A stretch of 63,754 nucleotides of DNA from Vitrella brassicaformis CCMP3155 (Eukaryota; Protista; Chromerida). Position numbers and translations under genes: made by a program. Below the pieces are notes generated by a model, which did not search any database, had not been told where the DNA came from, and saw only the letters and a list, made by a program, of their open reading frames with translations. Numbering within the stretch: position 1 is the first letter of the stretch; each line of letters opens with the position of its first letter. Below are positions 1 through 10,282 of this stretch, in pieces. The stretch covers positions 124,001-187,754 of the forward strand of contig CDMY01000305.1 of the NCBI GenBank assembly GCA_001179505.1, given 5' to 3'.

Positions 1-2895
1 GGGGCGTTCGGACGCCGATTCATCTACTGGTGCGTGGGTGTGTCACACACACATCACAGTACAGCACACGGCGCACAAAGCGTCCATCGTCCGTCCGCTC
101 TCATTGTCTTATATCATCATTTGTGTCACTTTCAGGGACTACGGTGCTCGTCACGTCGATCTCTCCGAGCACACGGGCTCCAGTGTGTACGGCGCCTTCC
201 ATGTCGACTTCACCTACGCCCTCCGCAAGCGGAACATGCCAGACGCCCCGGCCCAGCCCCCCTCTCCCTCATTCGTCCCAGAGCGATGGACACGCCAGGC
301 CATGCAGAAGGCTCTCGATGAAGCCGTCAAGGCCCGCGACCTGCACGCCAGTCTCCTGCAGCTCGACGGCAACACCACAAGTGAGGCCGACGAGCTGCCC
401 GCGGCCGCCAACAACCACGCCGAGGGGAGCAATGATGGTGACGACGATGAGGCGGACGATGAGGAGCAGAGCGGGCAGGACTTCCTGAAGGCCGTTGCGG
501 TGTGGAAGGCGCGCGCTACCGAGCTGATGGACAGGCTGGAGGACTCGGACCCGAACCAGCCCCTTGGCCGCATGTACATCACCTGGAGGCCCACAGGCCT
601 CGCCCGAGAAGGTCTGAAGGTCCCGCTACGGCGGCCATACGGTGCCTGGAGAGTCGATCGCAGCAAGTCTGACACGTTTCCCGTCCGCTATACCTCCCCC
701 TCGTACGTCCCTGACGAGTGGACCATGGCTGGGCTGCGCAGGGCACTGAAGGCCGCTCTCGACGATCGAGCCAAGATGGTGGAGAGGGGTGCATCGTTCG
801 CCAGGGCGTATCGCAGCAAGCGGGACAACGAGGAGGCTCAGGCTGAGCTGGAGCGGAAGAAGAAGGCAAAAGAGCGAGAGGGCGGTCAGCGGGGCGGGCG
901 TAGCCCTCCGGATGATAGGGCGGCGGCGGCGTCCTTTGATCCGAAGGAGGCGAAGGAGACTACGAAGGAGACCAAGGGTAGAGGGGGAGGGAGGGGGGAC
1001 AGCAAGCTGCAGCCCATGGCCAAGCTGCAGCCCATGGCCAACAAGCTGCTGGCCGACCTTACACGCACCTATGGAGCGGACAGAAGACAGAATGTCTACT
1101 TCGACGGCCTCAAGAAGAAGGTAGATCAGATCGGTCAATGAAGCTCCACTCCAATTCACACGACACTCACGAGCAAAGCATGTCGGTCTGTGTCTGTGTC
1201 TGTCTGGATGTCTCATGCAGTATCGTGTTGACGTGTGGCGTCACTCCTACCGATCGGCTCCCATCGGCCCCGAGGAGCGCACCTACACTGGCCTCCGTGC
1301 AGCCCTGGCGCAGGCACTCGAGATCCGTGCCCACGCGACCAACCGCTACTCGCCCGAGCGAGAGGACCCCACGGCAGCAGAGGATGAGAACAGGAAGCGG
1401 TCCAAGAACAACATGCGCGTCGCCGACTTCCGCGCCATCCTCTCCCTCTGGCGGCGCGTGGCCGACGTGCTCCTCGACCGACTCGACAACTCCGCCTACA
1501 TCTCCTGGCAGTCTCCCCCCGATAACGATACTGGGTTTGGTGACTACGGCCACTTCCAGGTGAGGATCGCCACCACCGAGCGTGAGCGTGAGCGCGAGCC
1601 CCTGTCGGCTTCCTTCCACCCGGCGAATTGGACAATGACCGGACTTTCGGAGGCTCTGGGGCAGGCTGTCCAGTGGCGCGGCCAGATGCTGAACTACAGG
1701 CGCCTTCAGCTGCCCCCGCCCCCGCCTCCAAGAGCACCAGCCGAAGAGGAGCCACCCGATGACGACGACTACCAGGAGATGGACGAGGAGGATACAGGCA
1801 TGGATGAGGCTGCCCACCATCGCGCTGTCGATCGGGATCGGAAGGGACAGAAGAAGGAGCGGCAGCACCGCCATCGCCAGCGCCAGCGCGACACTGTGAT
1901 TCTCGATGAGGCGGCCGTGTCTGTTGGGCAGCCGTCTGCTGCTGCTGCAGCAGCAGCAGCGGCCGTCAAGCAGTCTTCCGTCGATCGCGAGGAGAGACTC
2001 AAACGACGTCAGCTGCAGCAGCAGCAGATCACGTCTTGGACGGCTAGGGAAGGTCGGACCTTGCTGCCTGCGGAGATACGACGGCTGGGGCGCGAAGGAC
2101 GCGATGAGGCGCAGGAGCAAGATGAGCCCCAGCAGCAGGAGGCAGAGGAAGGTGAGGATGAGAGGGAGAAGAAGCGGCGCAAAAAGAGCGACGACGACCC
2201 GGCCCTGGCAGCCCCAGCTGGTGCTGATGCTGCTGCTGCTGCCGCCGCCGCAGCTGCTGTGGAGGTGTGCGTCAAGGAGGAGCCGAGGGAGGACAATGCC
2301 GAGATGGCTGTGGGGGAGGCAGCGGCAGCGGGGTTGGATCTGGGCGACAGAGGCGAAACGAATGATGACGATGCCGAGATGGCGACTGAGCAGGAGAAGG
2401 AGGACACCGCAGGTGCAGCAGTGGCAGCTACTGAGGGGCAGGAAGCCCCCCAGGACACAGACATGATGGGCGACGATGGCAACAACAAAGACGACGAGGT
2501 CAGTCAGAGGACACAGACACAACTCATGCATGCGCCGACGATGTCCGCCATCCCATCTCGCTCCCCCTCTCTGTCTGTGTCCGTGTGGCTGACGTCAGCT
2601 GCTCCCTCCCCCTGACATCCCTCCCCCCATGAGCCAACACCACGACCACCAACAGGAGCAGCTGCAGCCGCCACAGGAGGAGATGGTGCATCCCGACCCA
2701 CAACAACATCATCACTCTGACATGATGGACATGCAAGCCGTCGGAGAGGGGCGGGGCGACCAAGCACCTGAGCAGCACGAAGACGATGGCGCGACGGATA
2801 CGGCACGTGTGGCAGCCGATGGTACCGGTGGTGGAGGCAATGGTGCGGTGGGGGTGCGTGTGGAGGTTAAGCAGGAGCCACCCGATCAGCCGTGA
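1..2895 (+). CDS. Protein with four divergent AP2-like repeats and an acidic/Q/A-rich C-terminus (5' truncated); exons about 1-29, 136-1120, 1221-2498, 2656-2895
   Basis: GT-AG introns at 30-135, 1121-1220 and 2499-2655 join ORFs 38..1141, 1215..2615 and 2629..2895 in phase. Splicing creates RRFIYW|DYG and NVYFDGLKKK|YRVDVW. A motif like YG.F.V...SF.P..WT..GL..AL..A...R recurs four times. Confidence 0.7.
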
Positions 2896-3471
2896 TGAGA
2901 GTCATTGGACGAGTGACGGCCGTTCGTACTTGTTATTTCTTAGCCGAGATATGTGAGAGGGCGGGTTTGGTGCTTAGACAGACGCCTCCCTTGGTTGTGG
3001 CTTGGCTTGGCTTGGCGGAGCCTCTTGAGCCACACATCGCTGGCTGTCTTTGACGCGGCAGCCGTAGCTGCACGTGTGAATGAGAGGATCCGTGAGTGAC
3101 AGACACTTTGCGTGCGATCGATGCATTGCATTCGTGTCACGTGAGTGATATGTATGTGTCAATTGAAGTATGTATGACCATGTGTGTGAATTATCCCCAG
3201 TCTGTCTGCAGCCCGGCCGATAAAACGCCCCCTGCATGCTACGCTACGCACAAGCCATCGATAGTCTACACGAAGCGGGCACTGCAACCGCTTGCTTGAA
3301 ACCAAAGCCGCCCTTCCTCACTGTTGGCAACAGACAAATCTCTCGCCCGACTCTCTCTGTACACGTAAAGCAGTCAGCCAGTGCATTAATGCGCCGCCTC
3401 ATCCCACTCCCCCTCCCCCTCCCGCCATCTATCGACATGCAGGGATGAGCCATTTCCATCTGTCTGTCTGT

Positions 3472-4203
3472 CTAAGCCTCACTGCTTTCGGCGCTCTCGT
3501 CTTCCTTGACCTCCTTGCCGAGGAATCGGGCCACGACGGGCGTCAGGGCGACGGTGGGAGGGAACCGAATGGGCGACTCGGCCTTGTGCAGCGCGTACGC
3601 TATGGCAAACGTGCCCTGATGAAACGAACACCCACAAGCCAGCCATTTACTCTGCTCTGTGTTTGTCCCGTGCTGCCTCCTCTTCTTGAGCCACTCACTC
3701 ACCGCCTTGTCGCCGAGTGCCCCGACTTGAATGCCGATCTTCGCCAGCAGTGCCGGCACGTCCACCCCGATGTCGACCAGGTAGTAGTTGACCACCAGGC
3801 TCACCAAGGTCAGGCTGATGGACGTAATCAGATACGCGCTCCCATACTTCTTGAGCAACTCGCCCGCCGACGCCCGCCGGCTGCCCGGCTCGCCCTTCTT
3901 GTCGCGGAATGTTCGCCAGAGGCCGTACTCGAGGCCGTACTTCTTGGTTGCCTCGTCAGGAGAGATCTTCGCCTCCTCCTTTTTCTCTGCCTGGTCCTGG
4001 TTGACCGCCATATGGAACAGGCGGCCTCTCGATGGCTGCAGGTCCCATCGTCTGCTGCTTGCATCAGTCACAGCTACCTTCTCGGATGGCGGCAGCTGGC
4101 GTCGGCTCAAGAGCCGCGGTGGCGACACGTAGGCATGGATGGCTGACGGCAGGACAAGGCCCAGAATGAAGAGGAAGGCTGACAGCAACGATGCAGGCTG
4201 CAT
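3472..4203 (-). CDS. DUF1279/FAM210-like membrane protein, probably plastid-targeted
   Basis: Motifs LLKKYGSAYLITSISL...GVDVPALL and GTFAIAYALHKAESPIRFPPTVALTP. An in-frame 87-nt intron lies at 3616-3702. The signal peptide MQPASLLSAFLFILGLVLPSAIHA is followed by Y and an S/R-rich transit-like segment. Confidence 0.85.
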   Translation of the reverse strand: MQPASLLSAFLFILGLVLPSAIHAYVSPPRLLSRRQLPPSEKVAVTDASSRRWDLQPSRGRLFHMAVNQDQAEKKEEAKISPDEATKKYGLEYGLWRTFRDKKGEPGSRRASAGELLKKYGSAYLITSISLTLVSLVVNYYLVDIGVDVPALLAKIGIQVGALGDKAVSEWLKKRRQHGTNTEQSKWLACGCSFHQGTFAIAYALHKAESPIRFPPTVALTPVVARFLGKEVKEDESAESSEA

Positions 4204-4482
4204 TGGAAGACTACGAGCTTGAGCTGAAGTCAGACAAAGGCGTTAGGGTTTCGCGGCCTGGAAGATCATTGTAACTCATCCATTCACTCATCTGCAGTGC
4301 AGTGCAGCACTGTTCATAACTCCTCACCCTTTCCTTGACGCATCGCTTCAGTGATTGTAATCGTCATTTGCTGAGATGCGATTGGATGCGTGGGCGCATT
4401 GGCGCGTCTAATCTACCTCAGGGCCCCTCTGCCGCACGCCAGCAAGTGAGGCAATGGCAATGGCACGCAGCAGTGACGTGTG

Positions 4483-4487
4483 CACAG

Positions 4488-4518
<31 letters not shown>

Positions 4519-4545
4519 GAGAGAGAGAGAGAGACAGACAGACAG
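4483..4545. repeat. Compound microsatellite (CA)n(GA)n(GACA)n, representative of dozens in introns and intergenic DNA
   Basis: Directly visible. Similar arrays occur at about 19440-19520, 36540-36560, 36790-36835 and 46620-46680. Confidence 0.95.
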
Positions 4546-4708
4546 TCATGGGATGAATATCGACAGCAAAAAAACAGCCAGCTCCCTCGTACTACTTATC
4601 CAAAGCGCACCCACCCACCACACCCATCCCACCCATCCCACCCACCCCACCCACAAGCCATCAGTTATCTATCTTATCGTGCCTCTTCCTCTGTCTGCCC
4701 CATCCAAT

Positions 4709-7633
4709 CTAATCCTTCCTGTTGGCCTTCTTGGGTCTGGCCTTGGCCTTGCTGCGCCCCTTGCGTGTGCTGTCCTTGAGTTCTAGCTCCAGCATCAGTG
4801 TGGATGTGTTCACCCCGTCCGCATTCACCTTATGGTCACTCCCCAAAACCTCATAGGTGCCCCCCACCCGAGCCACACACTCGACACAAAACGCAGCGAA
4901 GGCGGGCTCAGGCGTGCTCTGGCCCTCTTCGTCCAGGTCGACGTCCCCCACGAGGTCGTCTGTCGACAGATCAATCGTCAGCGACACTCGTGTGGGGCGA
5001 ATCGAGAGGATGAGAGAGAGCAGATTGCGCACGTGGTCTTTCTTGAGCCGTGCCCCCCCCACATCGACACTGAGGCTCTTGACTTGAGGGTACGACAGAC
5101 CAGCCTCGCACTCGTGTGCGGCGTCGGCTAGCATGTCTGCGACCATGTTGTCTATCTTGACCTCTAGCTTGTCAAGGGAATGGTGCAGGCCAGAGAAGTA
5201 CGATATGCACTGGCTCAGGTCGCTCAGAGCCGAGACGAAAAAGCTCGCCTCTCTCACACGCTTCAAACTACCCATCAGCCCCTCCAGCTCGCGGGTAGCT
5301 GCACCCGACGGCAGGCCCTCATGTCCGTTGCTATGGCTACGCACCACTTGAGCGTGAACATGCTCGATCGACGGCAGACAACGGCTGTTGCCTTCCTCGG
5401 GGGCCTCGGTGGTTTCGAGGAGGAACTCAGGGATGCTGTTGACCATCTTGCTCGCAGGTGCTGGCTGGTAGAGGTCCTCCGCCTCGACGGCCAGGTGGGT
5501 GGCTTCCGGAAACGACAGCAGCGCTCCCCATGTCCCGTGGAGAGGCGAGCCGCCACACGACAACGCTACCTGACGATGGATGGAATGCACACACAGAGAC
5601 ACGCACAGACACATGTTCCATCCTGCCAGCCACCAGTTGCTCCAGCAGTCAGCCGCGCAGCGCAGCTCGGTGTTTACTGACTGACCTTCTTGCACGTGCT
5701 GGTGACCTTTTTCACCGTCTCGGCCGTGACGCCGTGGGGTGCGGGCGGGGCCTCCGGCACCTCTGTGCTGCAGTCGATGACAGTGTCCATGATCCCGTCT
5801 TTGACTTTGTCGCGGCCTAGCTCCCTGTTGTCCGTGCGCGGCGACCACTCGATGTTGCACGCCACGCCGGGCGCCCACGTGAGCAGGTCGGGCAGGGTGA
5901 AGTGATTGGGGCCGCTGCGGTCCGTCAGTTGTCGGCTGAAGTCGGCGCCGAGGGTGAAGCGGTGGTTGAAGGTCAGGGTCTTGGGCACACCTGACGTGTC
6001 ATGCATCGCACACAGAACGGGAAGGAGCACCAGATGTGAGTAGGAAGCATAGCTGGGTGGTGGCCATTTGTGTGTGTCTTCTCTCTCTCCCACACCCACC
6101 CAGCTCACTCACCTTTCATGTTATCTTTGTTCCAGTTGGTGTCGAGGGCGGCCTTGAGCAGCCCGAGGGAGTCGTACACGGGCGTCTTGAGCACACTGAC
6201 AGACAGACAGACAGACAGAGGGGGGAGTGGGCGTGGCGTCCGTGCACACACCGACCGCTGCGGATACACACATACACACATACCTTCGGTCGCTACTGGT
6301 CTCGTCCTGGTTGTCGCTGAGGTCGCTACTGGTCTCGTCCTGGTTGTCGCTGAGTTGGATGTCCTTTGCGTTCAGGATGGTCAGCCCCTCGATGCTTGTG
6401 AGCTTGGGGCACTTGGCTATAGCAGCGGTGAATGCTCGCCAGTCAGCCCCGTCCACCGTGTCGATGTTCCAAGCCTTGATGCTCGTCAGCTGCGGCGACG
6501 TGGACACGATGTGTGTGAGGGACGGGAGCAGGGAGCAGGCCTGGAGTTGTGGCGTCGGAAGCAGACTCGGCCTTGGTCGGTCTTGGCGTACACGTGGCCG
6601 ACACTCAGCTTCTTCAGCGCAGGAAACACCCAACCGCCACTCCTGCAGCTCAGCCAGCCACACCCACACAGGCACACAGACATGGCGGATGTTGGGTGGC
6701 CTGTGTGGCGTGGTCTCTCACTTACATGAACTTATCGATCCACTCGTCGTTCGTGACCCGCAGCTCCTCGACGCTGTCGAACACCACCACACCACTCGAT
6801 GCCGCCGGGAGGGCCTTGTCCCGTCGACGGTATTGCTCCGTGGGTGGACTGTCGATGTGGATGTGCTTGAGTGTCGACTTGGACGCCTCGAGCAAGTCGA
6901 CGGTGAAGGGGATGAGGCCTCGGGTGGCGTCGATGTTGACCGTCTGCAACTTACCCTGCAGCACAAACGATACACACGACACTAATGGTACAGTTATGTC
7001 AGTGCGCTCTTCATCCGGCTCTCCACTCTCTCACCATTCGCTTCTTGAGCTGCGGTATGTATTTGCCCTTGTCTTTGTCTTTGTCTTTGCTCGGCTTGCT
7101 CTTCGAGGGACGGGGGGCGTCGAGGTCCGAAGGGTCTTCATCCGACTGCATGAGCAACCAACGCCATACACGATGCAGCCATCCATGACGCACTCTCCCT
7201 CCCTCCCTCCCTCCATCCATCAATCCATCCATCCATCCATCCCCCCCTCCATCCCTTTGTCTGTCCGTCCCTCCCTCCCTCCCTGCCTCCTCACCTCCTC
7301 ATCCGTGTCGCGTGCCGCTGGTTGTTTGATGCTCTTCCAAACACCATGCTCGCCCTCGGTAATGGTGAGGTCGCGGTACATACCGGTAGTCGTGTCGGTG
7401 GCCTTGGTGTGCGTGTCCTTGCATATCGCTGAGATGGGCAGCCGCTCGATGGTGGTGAAGAGTGGGCTCAGGTGCGACAGGTGAAGAGCCGCCAGATGAC
7501 ACCAACCAGCCACCTGGCACAAACCGCACACACGCAGCCGAGATTCACCCGGTGTGCGACATGGTGTGCATCTCTTGATGTGGCGGTGCACCGTACCCAC
7601 CTTGCGGCCGGCGGTATCATTGCCCTCTTCCAT
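4709..7633 (-). CDS. Multi-exon F-box-like/LRR-like hypothetical protein
   Basis: Exon chain MEEGNDTAGRK|VAGWCHLAALHLSHLSPLFTTIERLPISAICK..., with LRR-like segments (PQLTSIKAW, CPKLTSIEGLTI, FDSVEELRV) and a long last exon in ORF 4709..5878. The domain call is by pattern only. Confidence 0.55.
6289..6354. repeat. Exact 33-nt tandem duplication encoding LSDNQDETSSD twice
   Basis: gtcgctactggtctcgtcctggttgtcgctgag occurs at 6289-6321 and again at 6322-6354. Confidence 0.95.
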
Positions 7634-7852
7634 GCTGCCACCGTCACGAGGCAAGCGAACGTCCTCTGACCAAACAAAACACCAGGCAAGGATGTGTTTT
7701 GTCTTGCAAGGGCGTGGTCCGGTCCCCGCCTGCCCAGCCTAGTGCCCAGCCCACCCGCTTCGTTGCCATGCGATGCGGTGTGGCCTTTTTTCTTGCGATT
7801 CTCCGGCGCCGACAGCTGATGGGCCATCCAGATGTGCCATGCAGTCAGCGCA

Positions 7853-7910
7853 CATCTGGTGTCGAGGCTCTCGACACCAGATCTGGTGTCGAGAGCCTCG
7901 ACACCAGATG
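7853..7910. repeat. Perfect 58-bp palindrome made of two internal hairpins
   Basis: CATCTGGTGTCGAGGCTCTCGACACCAGA|TCTGGTGTCGAGAGCCTCGACACCAGATG equals its own reverse complement. Confidence 0.97.
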
Positions 7911-8403
7911 CATACCTGAGTTACTGGGCGCCTGCCATGCTTTACTGCTCGCGCCACGGGCCATCAGGGGACACTAACCCAGCCGCGTGAAACCAAATCA
8001 TTTGCGTTTCAATGGCAGAGGAGCATGCTGCCGCCTTTGGTAGCTTTGTGGCTGGTTTTCCAACGCCAGCACACGCGGCTGAGTCGCCATGGACGTCAAC
8101 CAGGTGAGTGCGTCACACGGGAGGGCTCTCTCTCTCGAGGGCCGACACGTAGGGCGACACACGAGACAATTCAGACAGATGATGGATGTTGTGACGGAAA
8201 GGCAAAGCACCACTGAATGGCTGGGGTGGCATCTCTTTGTGCTTCACTGCAGATGTCGTTGGTTGATGGGGTCGGGTCGCTGTGACGGCCGCCGACTGAC
8301 TGACTGACCAGGTGAGGTGCGCCAGCAACACCGGAAGGAGGAGGGATTGCAAGTGGCTGTGTGTGTCTGTGAGCGTATGCAGATAGTGGTGTGACTCATT
8401 GTG

Positions 8404-10101
8404 ATGGCCCAACCGTCCTCTGCCGCATAGCAAGCACCTCCTGCGTCTGTGCCACCACACGGCTGCAAGGGACTGGACGACGTCGACATCATCTCTGATG
8501 AGGGGGTCAGTCGTGTGACTCGGCAGCTGCTGGAGGGCTGTATCCGGAGAGCCTTCAGCGATGTCGGCCAAGTCACACAGCTGATACGTCAAGGAGCCGA
8601 CCCGAGAGCCATCGGCAAACTTCGTGTCCGCGGCATCCCGGGAAGGGTCCCGCCCGTGCGACACAGCTGCTTGGCTTTCGCCATCGACAGCCCGACAAAC
8701 ACACCATCCCTCTACGCGAACTGCGCTCATGGCTCTCTGATGTCCGTCGTCCTACCGCAGTGGTCCTCCCGTCAGCTGCAGCGTGGCATCATCAATGCAC
8801 TCATCGACAGCGGGGCGGACATGGATGCTTGCAGACGGTCGGACATGCCCATCATAGTTCCGATTCGTGCGGGCAATCTGACGGCAGTGGAGACCCTCCT
8901 GGCGCGCCAGGCCAACGTGCGGACTTTCCTGGCGATGGATCTTCCCTACCTCGGTGGTGCTGCCCCTTCCGCCACTCGTGAATACGAGGCGGCGCTCATG
9001 TCGGTGTACCGCCAACTTGCTTAACACGACAGCGCACTCGCAGCGGAGCGGTTCGGTGCGATGAATCTGGTGCATAAGGCAGCAGAGAGCTCTCTTGGCC
9101 TCTTCTCCCAGTCTTTCATCGACGCGTACTTGACCCTCATCACCAGCCACGGCGCCGACATGACGGCAACCAGCGCTGCGGGCTACACGCCACTGCACTG
9201 GGCAGCATTGTTTGGCTCCCACTGTGTGGCTCACTGGCTGTGCCGCCAGCTCACGGCCGAAGACGTCAACAGAGGGCAGCCGAACCAGCCCAACAGGACA
9301 CCACTCGCAGAGGCTGCTTATGGACTTGATGATCTCATCCAACGGGAGCCGCACTCAAGACGGATTCGCAGTTACAAGATCACCATCGGTGTGCTGCTGC
9401 GGGCCGGGGCGGTTCCATGCATCGCCCGCATGCCGACAGCCACCCAGAGGCAGCAGCACCGTCATCGCCAACTGGTCCTGGCCGAGTGTACCACAGTGCT
9501 GGGTGAGCTGTCCGGGGCTGTCATGTGGGCCATCAACGCCGCCCTCTCTCCCCAACATGACCACTCGATGCTTCTCGCCCGTCTGCTGCCCCTCGCCCCC
9601 CACCACGACGGCGCCCACCCCTACCCTTCCCCATCCAACATGGCATTCGCCCCACACATGTCCATCGCATGGAAGATCGGAGCCTTCCTGTACGAGCCTT
9701 CCGCTGCTGTGGTCACCATCGACGAGTACCTCATTGGCGAGTCGCCGCTCAGGCGCCGTGTGCGTGCGGCCGTCGGCCACTTCGTCGAGTCGGCGGCCAC
9801 TCAGACATCCAGCAACAGGGAGGTGGTGGGTGGCATGGCCAGTGTGGGCGGCGTGATGGTGACCGTCCCGCCCCTCCAGTGCTTCGCCGTCAGAGAGGGG
9901 GCGAGTGTGCGGCGGGTGGGTCTGCGCGAGGTGGTGCACCGTGCCCGGATGGACGAGGCGGCCCGCCATGGCGTAGAGGAGGGGGCCATCAACAAGGGCT
10001 TCAACGAGCACCTGGGCGATCAGGACTGCCAGTTCTCGTGGCAGCAGCTGGGGCGAATTGACAGGCAGACCGGGCTGTTCGTGTCGCTGGGCATCGAATG
10101 A
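8404..10101 (+). pseudogene. Intronless ankyrin-repeat family gene with two in-frame stops
   Basis: One frame runs from ATG 8404 to TGA 10101, interrupted by TAG 8428-8430 and TAA 9022-9024. Ankyrin motifs include GNLTAVETLLARQA, GYTPLHWAALFGSHCVAHWL and NRTPLAEAA. Confidence 0.75.
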
Positions 10102-10282
10102 GAGGGAGAGGGAGAGGGAGAGGGGCGGGGGAGAGAGCAGTATGGCTGCATGCTACTTCTCTTTGTTGCGATTCAAGGACGGTTCCGATTCCGACTGTGA
10201 CATAAAGCTGTGTGTTCTGTGATCGATTCATAGCAAATACTGTCTTCCGTTCGCATGGCCTCACGAACATGAATGTAACTCA

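Noticed and set aside
1003-1038. 18-nt duplication (KLQPMA twice), and a similar PGPIK duplication near 59510-59540
   Set aside because: Small in-frame slippage duplications in linker regions with no sign of function.
1138-2531. Long antisense and alternative-frame ORFs (for example 1167..2531 minus, 29826..30779 minus, 9355..10011 minus)
   Set aside because: They are shadows of GC-rich coding exons, with low-complexity translations and no motifs.
7853-7925. Palindrome as a Helitron 3' end
   Set aside because: Only a chance-level CTGA follows it. No TC 5' end or Rep/helicase remnant was identifiable, and the structure is longer than typical Helitron hairpins.
8404-9061. TAA/TAG reassigned to Gln (ciliate-type code) as the explanation for the ankyrin stops
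   Set aside because: Other genes in the window end with TAG (3472, 25036) and TAA (57455), so these codons are true stops.
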